DNA of 64,000 bases from Pseudomonadota bacterium (GTDB lineage Bacteria; Bdellovibrionota_C; UBA2361; OMII01): positions 168,565-232,564 of the forward strand of contig JAYPVM010000002.1 of the NCBI GenBank assembly GCA_038134595.1. The letters are read 5' to 3'. A program made the position numbers and the translations under genes. Positions 59,451 to 64,000 of this stretch are shown here, in pieces. The notes beneath the pieces were generated by a model that ran no database searches, was not told the DNA's origin, and saw only the letters and a program-made list of their open reading frames with translations. Position 1 is the stretch's first letter, and each line of letters starts with the position of its first letter.

Positions 59451-62180
59451 TTAATATTTTTTGCTCAGTTCTAACTTATCCATTTCATGCTCTAAGAGGT
59501 ACTGAATCCGAGAGGTTCTAAGGGATCCGAAGGATTTTACGGAAAGTTCGTTGAAGGCGAGAGTTTTGGACCAATGAATTGGTAGTTTTTGAGCGAGATC
59601 AAAAGATCGATTGCCGAGGATGTTCTCCAATAGTTTCTCGAGGTCAGGTGAGAGGGGATTTATAATCAGAAGAGCTAGCACGGCAGCATCCCGTACGATG
59701 GGGTCTTGGTGATGTCTAAGACTCCAAAGTCTTGAGAGGATAGGGAGTGCATGACTGCCATATGCTGCTCCGGCTAGCGAGGCGCCAACAAGAGTTGCTC
59801 GGTCAGTGGTAGAGAGTTTGTCATTTACCAGTCTAAGAGTAGCCTCGTTGGGAAGCATCCTTAGGGCCCCAAAAAGTTCTGCTGAGACTCGATATGAGGA
59901 GAGCTCTGCTATCGCCATATTGAGAATTTTAGATAATGGCACCTGTGCCTTAGCGTTCACTGCGAGTAGATGAACAAGATGCCAACGCATTATTAAGTGC
60001 TGCAAGTTATCGCTATTTACGATCTGCGTCAGCGCTTCAACTGTGAGTGGAGTGCTGGTAGTTTGAAGTTCAAGAAGTGCAGGGAACATTGCTACAGTAT
60101 GATCGGGGTCGATGGTAAGTAGTGAGGCAAGCAGAGAGTCGTATGTGGAGATCGTTTCGGGTGAAATGCTTAGACCCTGCAAAAGCGTCGTCCTCCATTC
60201 TGCGGTAGGGGAATTATGTGTGCTTGTGGCCGCGATAAGTTGCTTGCTTATCTTCTCTACAACCGCAATGTTATCGTCGGCATATGACACTACAATCTGG
60301 GCGGGATACTCCAGTAAACATTTAGAGATCTTTTCTAGGGCAGCGCCACGTATTGATGTAACTGACGAAAAGGTTGCTGCGCGTACAACAGGCGCCCAAT
60401 CTATGGAGTGATTGCAACTAAATGCCTCGAGAGTGGTCTTGGCTAATGCGGAAATCTCCTCGCGAGGATTCGGTTCTAGGGCAGCTATGGTGAGTGCCAG
60501 TTGCCAACCGATACGTTGCGGTGAATTTGCCACCGCCATTTTGAGAAGTGGAATACTACTACTTCCATACGACAGCAAAACCTTCGAAGCGTAGGTTGAT
60601 TCGTCCGTGTTTTCGAGTAGTGGTATGAATCGAGCCGCGAGTCCCCGATGAGGATATTCTCGGAGGGAAATTACTTTGAGAGCGTTGCGGGCCAAAGGGG
60701 TTCTAATGGAACTGGTAGCCATCCACCACAGTCGATTCGGAAGACTACTGAGTGATCCTATAAGCGTAAGCTCCGTATCGGAAAGATCCTGAATTCGGAG
60801 TAGCTTTCCAATGATATTGGCATACTTGGGGTGCGAGTCGCCTTTCCCAGAGGTTTTTAAAAGCTTAAGAGCTGCCTGTCTGTACGGTGCTGGGTCGTGT
60901 GAGTAGAGCTTTCCGTCAAGAATACTCTCCAACAATGAGAGCGCGGTATTTGCGTTTTCGGTAGAGAAGCGCACGAAAGAACCTAGGGTCGATAAGATAG
61001 AAATTGTGTTTTGCGTTTCCTTTCGGAGAATTCTACGCTGAAGTGTGTAGTAGGCGCGTTCAGATAGGTTGCGATTCGGAAATGAGTCTTGGTGTGACAG
61101 TAGATTAAGTATGTATCGCTCTGATTTAGCCGCTTGGGAACGTGTAAGTGATTCGATTGCTTTGGAGGTCAGTACGGGTGAACTCCGTAGGAGGCAGCGA
61201 ACCTGAGTGGGTTGTAGTCTGTTGGGAGCAAATATTCCGTCGGTGTCTGAGAGGGCTGCTTCAGAACGGGCTGTGAGGGCAAGTCCACCTCTCTGAACAC
61301 AGATTCTCCCAACAAGATGAAGAAGCTGGGCGGTCAATGAATGTTCTGAAATTAGCGCCAGGAGAGTGTCGGCGTATTGGGTGGTTGTCTTCGGGTTCGG
61401 GAGAGGAACAGCAAGAGATAGCGCACTTACTTCATCGACAGCCAGAAAAGGAATTTGATCGAGGAACGCCTCGAACGGCTCCGGTGTTCCAGGTCCGAAG
61501 TCCTCTAAGAGCGCTCTTAGCGTGTCAGTATTTCCTTTCGTCTGTGCGACGCCCTCTTTGATTATAAGAGGGATGCTTTGTGAGCGAAATTCCTTTAGGA
61601 AATCCCTAGCAAGACGAGAATTGTCAGAGAGGGCAAATGGAATGACCGCCTGAAGAGCTGAAGGCTCCGGAGATCTCTTCGATTTACTGGCTGCGTCAAG
61701 AATATGGGCGGTAGCTTCCTCGAATTCCACAGCAAGCTCGTTGCTAAGTGTTCCCTGTGAGTATATTTCAATAATGTCTGACAAAGCCGAAAGAGAAGCC
61801 TCTCCCGACTCTGAAAGGATGTGAAGAGCGCATTTTTTTGCAGCGAATTCGCGGCTAGGGTCTGTGTTTTGCCATTGAATTCCAACCCACCGTTCAGTTT
61901 TTACGGGTCGCAGCTGTTGATCAGTTGTCACATCTGTTAGTGGGTGTATTGAAGCGAAGGCCTCAGCAGATGAGGGGGGAGCTATATTGAGGGAAAGAAT
62001 CGATCTAAGTTGCTCAGCGAGCTTTATTTGATCGTTCGGCGAAGATTTCTGGTACTGAAGCAAGGCTTCGTCGCACGAATCAAACACAAGCTTGGTGAAG
62101 CTTTGTTCGGCTGCAACCTGTCGAGGTATCGTGTGCAGTAAGAGAATTAGCAGAGCAATGCGAACTATATGAAGCGCCAT
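59451..62180 (-). CDS. Large exported alpha-solenoid (HEAT/ARM-like) hypothetical protein
   Basis: Signal peptide (..RQVAA|EQ); Leu/Ala-rich helices; HEAT-like HQDPIVRDAAVLAL near the C-terminus. Confidence 0.65.
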   Translation of the reverse strand: MALHIVRIALLILLLHTIPRQVAAEQSFTKLVFDSCDEALLQYQKSSPNDQIKLAEQLRSILSLNIAPPSSAEAFASIHPLTDVTTDQQLRPVKTERWVGIQWQNTDPSREFAAKKCALHILSESGEASLSALSDIIEIYSQGTLSNELAVEFEEATAHILDAASKSKRSPEPSALQAVIPFALSDNSRLARDFLKEFRSQSIPLIIKEGVAQTKGNTDTLRALLEDFGPGTPEPFEAFLDQIPFLAVDEVSALSLAVPLPNPKTTTQYADTLLALISEHSLTAQLLHLVGRICVQRGGLALTARSEAALSDTDGIFAPNRLQPTQVRCLLRSSPVLTSKAIESLTRSQAAKSERYILNLLSHQDSFPNRNLSERAYYTLQRRILRKETQNTISILSTLGSFVRFSTENANTALSLLESILDGKLYSHDPAPYRQAALKLLKTSGKGDSHPKYANIIGKLLRIQDLSDTELTLIGSLSSLPNRLWWMATSSIRTPLARNALKVISLREYPHRGLAARFIPLLENTDESTYASKVLLSYGSSSIPLLKMAVANSPQRIGWQLALTIAALEPNPREEISALAKTTLEAFSCNHSIDWAPVVRAATFSSVTSIRGAALEKISKCLLEYPAQIVVSYADDNIAVVEKISKQLIAATSTHNSPTAEWRTTLLQGLSISPETISTYDSLLASLLTIDPDHTVAMFPALLELQTTSTPLTVEALTQIVNSDNLQHLIMRWHLVHLLAVNAKAQVPLSKILNMAIAELSSYRVSAELFGALRMLPNEATLRLVNDKLSTTDRATLVGASLAGAAYGSHALPILSRLWSLRHHQDPIVRDAAVLALLIINPLSPDLEKLLENILGNRSFDLAQKLPIHWSKTLAFNELSVKSFGSLRTSRIQYLLEHEMDKLELSKKY

Positions 62181-63841
62181 GTTCCATCTCCGTGAAGTTC
62201 TAGAATATGGTCGTGGAACTGACCTAAGTCGTCGGCATCTCCAGTGCTCACGAATCGATTGACGAAATTTGGGAGCGCTTTATAAAGCGAACGAGCTATC
62301 GACTGGTCCATTGCTGTAACCGATTCGTCCAAAAAGACGAATTTTGGCTTCGCTAGTAACAGGCGTGCGAATGCGAGCCGTTGTTGCTCGCCCGTACCCA
62401 GGACGTTCGGCCAATCGAGAACTGCGTTTAATCCACCGACTCGGTGGTACATTTCCAGAAGGCGAACCTGTTCCAAAATGGCAACAAGTTCCGAATCGAG
62501 GAACGCCTTTCGTTGAATCCCATATAGAAGCTGCGAACGAAGCGTTCCCAGAATCATGTAGGGCCGTTGAGGAAGAAAGAAGGCTTGGTGTAGATCGGGC
62601 GTAGTTATAGTGCCGTTACCACTAGTCCATAGACCGGCTATGGCTCTAAGGATAGAGCTTTTACCGCTACCGCTTGGGCCGGTAATAAGCAATGAATTTT
62701 GGCTCATGGTAAAGGTCAGGTCACGAATAAGAACCTGCTCTCGCCGCGGAGTCCAGATCGACACATTCTTAAAGGAGAGATGATCTCCCGACCTTATTTC
62801 TATGCCAAGCTTGGAGAATTCCGGTTGAGCGCTTTGGTGGAGGGCCTCTGAAAACGAGCCGAGACGGTTAATGGTGGCAGCGAATACGCTAAGTGTGCTG
62901 AAGTGGTTGACTACTATTGAGAGAGCGTTGATAACAAAACTAAAGGCAACGCCGGCCTGTATTACCACACCGATATCTACGTCACCTTTGAAAAAGAGAG
63001 GAGCAACGATGATTGTGGGTAAGATGGTAAGAACGTAATTGTATGGCACCGTAAAAAACTGTAAATTTCTATTCCAGTTTATCACTTTAAGCAGATTGGC
63101 GAGGGCTACTTTTAGTCGTTGACGGGTTCGAGTAAATTCGTGTCTCTCGTGGCCGTGAAATGCAATTGATTCAGCACTGTCTCGGACATTAATAAGTTTG
63201 TAACGATAGTCAGCCTCTTTCTTAAATTGGGCGAAATTTAAACCTATCAAGGGTCGTCCAAGTAGCGACGTCACTAGCGATCCTATCGCTGCATATCCGA
63301 TGGCCACTACTAGAAGAAGCCAGTAAATAGAATAGAGTAGGGAAATGTAGAGGAGTAGTTGTACAGTTGAGTTGAAGGCGACAAGAAAAAACATGACGGT
63401 CTCATCGCAAAATCGAGCAATATCTTCTTCTATACGTTGATCTGGATTGTCGATTTTACTATCGAGATTTACTCGGTAATACGCGCGCTCTTGAAAGTAC
63501 TTTCGTAGGATTCTGTGACTCAACCATCGGCGCCACATGAGTTTTAATCGTGCTTCGGAGTATGAATAAAATACTACTACAGGTGTTGCGATAACAAACG
63601 CCATCAGATATTCAAAGAGCTTCCATTGGAAAAGCTGATGGTCCTTGGTCTGCAGAGCGTTCATAAAGTCTCGCGCAATGTAACTAATCATATACCCGAT
63701 ATAATTACTTAAGAGAGACAATCCTAAAATGAGCGCGACAAGACCGTATGCCCGATATTTTATGTCAGAGCGAAAAAGCGGAAGGGCTAAAAGAAAAAAC
63801 CGTTTAACAACATTTTTGTCAAAATGGATGGTGTTAGACAT
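62165..63841 (-). CDS. ABC exporter, fused permease/ATPase of the ABCD (YddA/BacA-like) family
   Basis: WRRWLS, DNPDQRIEED, EADYRYKL..VRDSAESIAF, GPSGSGKS, FLPQRPY, LGTGEQQRLAFAR, FLDE. Confidence 0.92.
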   Translation of the reverse strand: MSNTIHFDKNVVKRFFLLALPLFRSDIKYRAYGLVALILGLSLLSNYIGYMISYIARDFMNALQTKDHQLFQWKLFEYLMAFVIATPVVVFYSYSEARLKLMWRRWLSHRILRKYFQERAYYRVNLDSKIDNPDQRIEEDIARFCDETVMFFLVAFNSTVQLLLYISLLYSIYWLLLVVAIGYAAIGSLVTSLLGRPLIGLNFAQFKKEADYRYKLINVRDSAESIAFHGHERHEFTRTRQRLKVALANLLKVINWNRNLQFFTVPYNYVLTILPTIIVAPLFFKGDVDIGVVIQAGVAFSFVINALSIVVNHFSTLSVFAATINRLGSFSEALHQSAQPEFSKLGIEIRSGDHLSFKNVSIWTPRREQVLIRDLTFTMSQNSLLITGPSGSGKSSILRAIAGLWTSGNGTITTPDLHQAFFLPQRPYMILGTLRSQLLYGIQRKAFLDSELVAILEQVRLLEMYHRVGGLNAVLDWPNVLGTGEQQRLAFARLLLAKPKFVFLDESVTAMDQSIARSLYKALPNFVNRFVSTGDADDLGQFHDHILELHGDGTWRFI

Positions 63842-64000
63842 ATGTTTTTATCGTTTCCTTTTTTTACCCTGACAACACGGAGTTATCCGGGTGAGGCCCC
63901 TTCTCCTGATGTTACTGTTCTTTCGTAATCAGCCCAGGCTGCGGAAAATCCACGGCCAGCTGATCGAAGCTCAGGAAATGAGCCGATCTCTTCGATCCGA

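Noticed and set aside
63842..64000. Possible riboswitch (e.g. cobalamin) upstream of the BacA/YddA-like transporter
   Set aside because: A hairpin is present but no conserved B12-box was recognised, and the region is cut by the window edge

Overview
Bacterial chromosomal window of moderate GC. The gene set (TrmD plus a PF09936-type SPOUT partner, a sigma54 FleQ/FleS/FleR-like cassette, Pro/Thr-repeat exported proteins) suggests a deltaproteobacteria/Bdellovibrionota-like lineage (inference). Most of it is housekeeping: rpsP-trmD, ffh, pdhA/B, trmL, fpr, panB, an acyl-CoA ligase, purM, lexA-recA, hemL, ALDH7, Leu/Phe/Val dehydrogenase, uvrB, tRNA-Gly(TCC) and tRNA-Leu(CAG). No rRNA, CRISPR array, transposase or integrase was seen. 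The most unusual part is an ~11 kb block between ffh and rpsP, genes that are often neighbours. It contains a divergent pair: a GH24 phage-type lysozyme with a twin-arginine (Tat) signal and no phage context, and a ~1250-aa orphan protein that appears to be a chain of degenerate XRE-like helix-turn-helix units with a ~375-aa internal duplication. Other notable items are a murL-murD2 alternative D-Glu peptidoglycan pathway, a divergent orphan RuvC-fold nuclease next to a secreted EEP nuclease, a 2948-aa cyclic beta-1,2-glucan synthase downstream of an ABCD-type exporter and an exported helical-repeat protein, a 48-aa lipoprotein missed by the ORF track, and structured intergenic regions. All calls come from reading motifs by eye; no searches were run.
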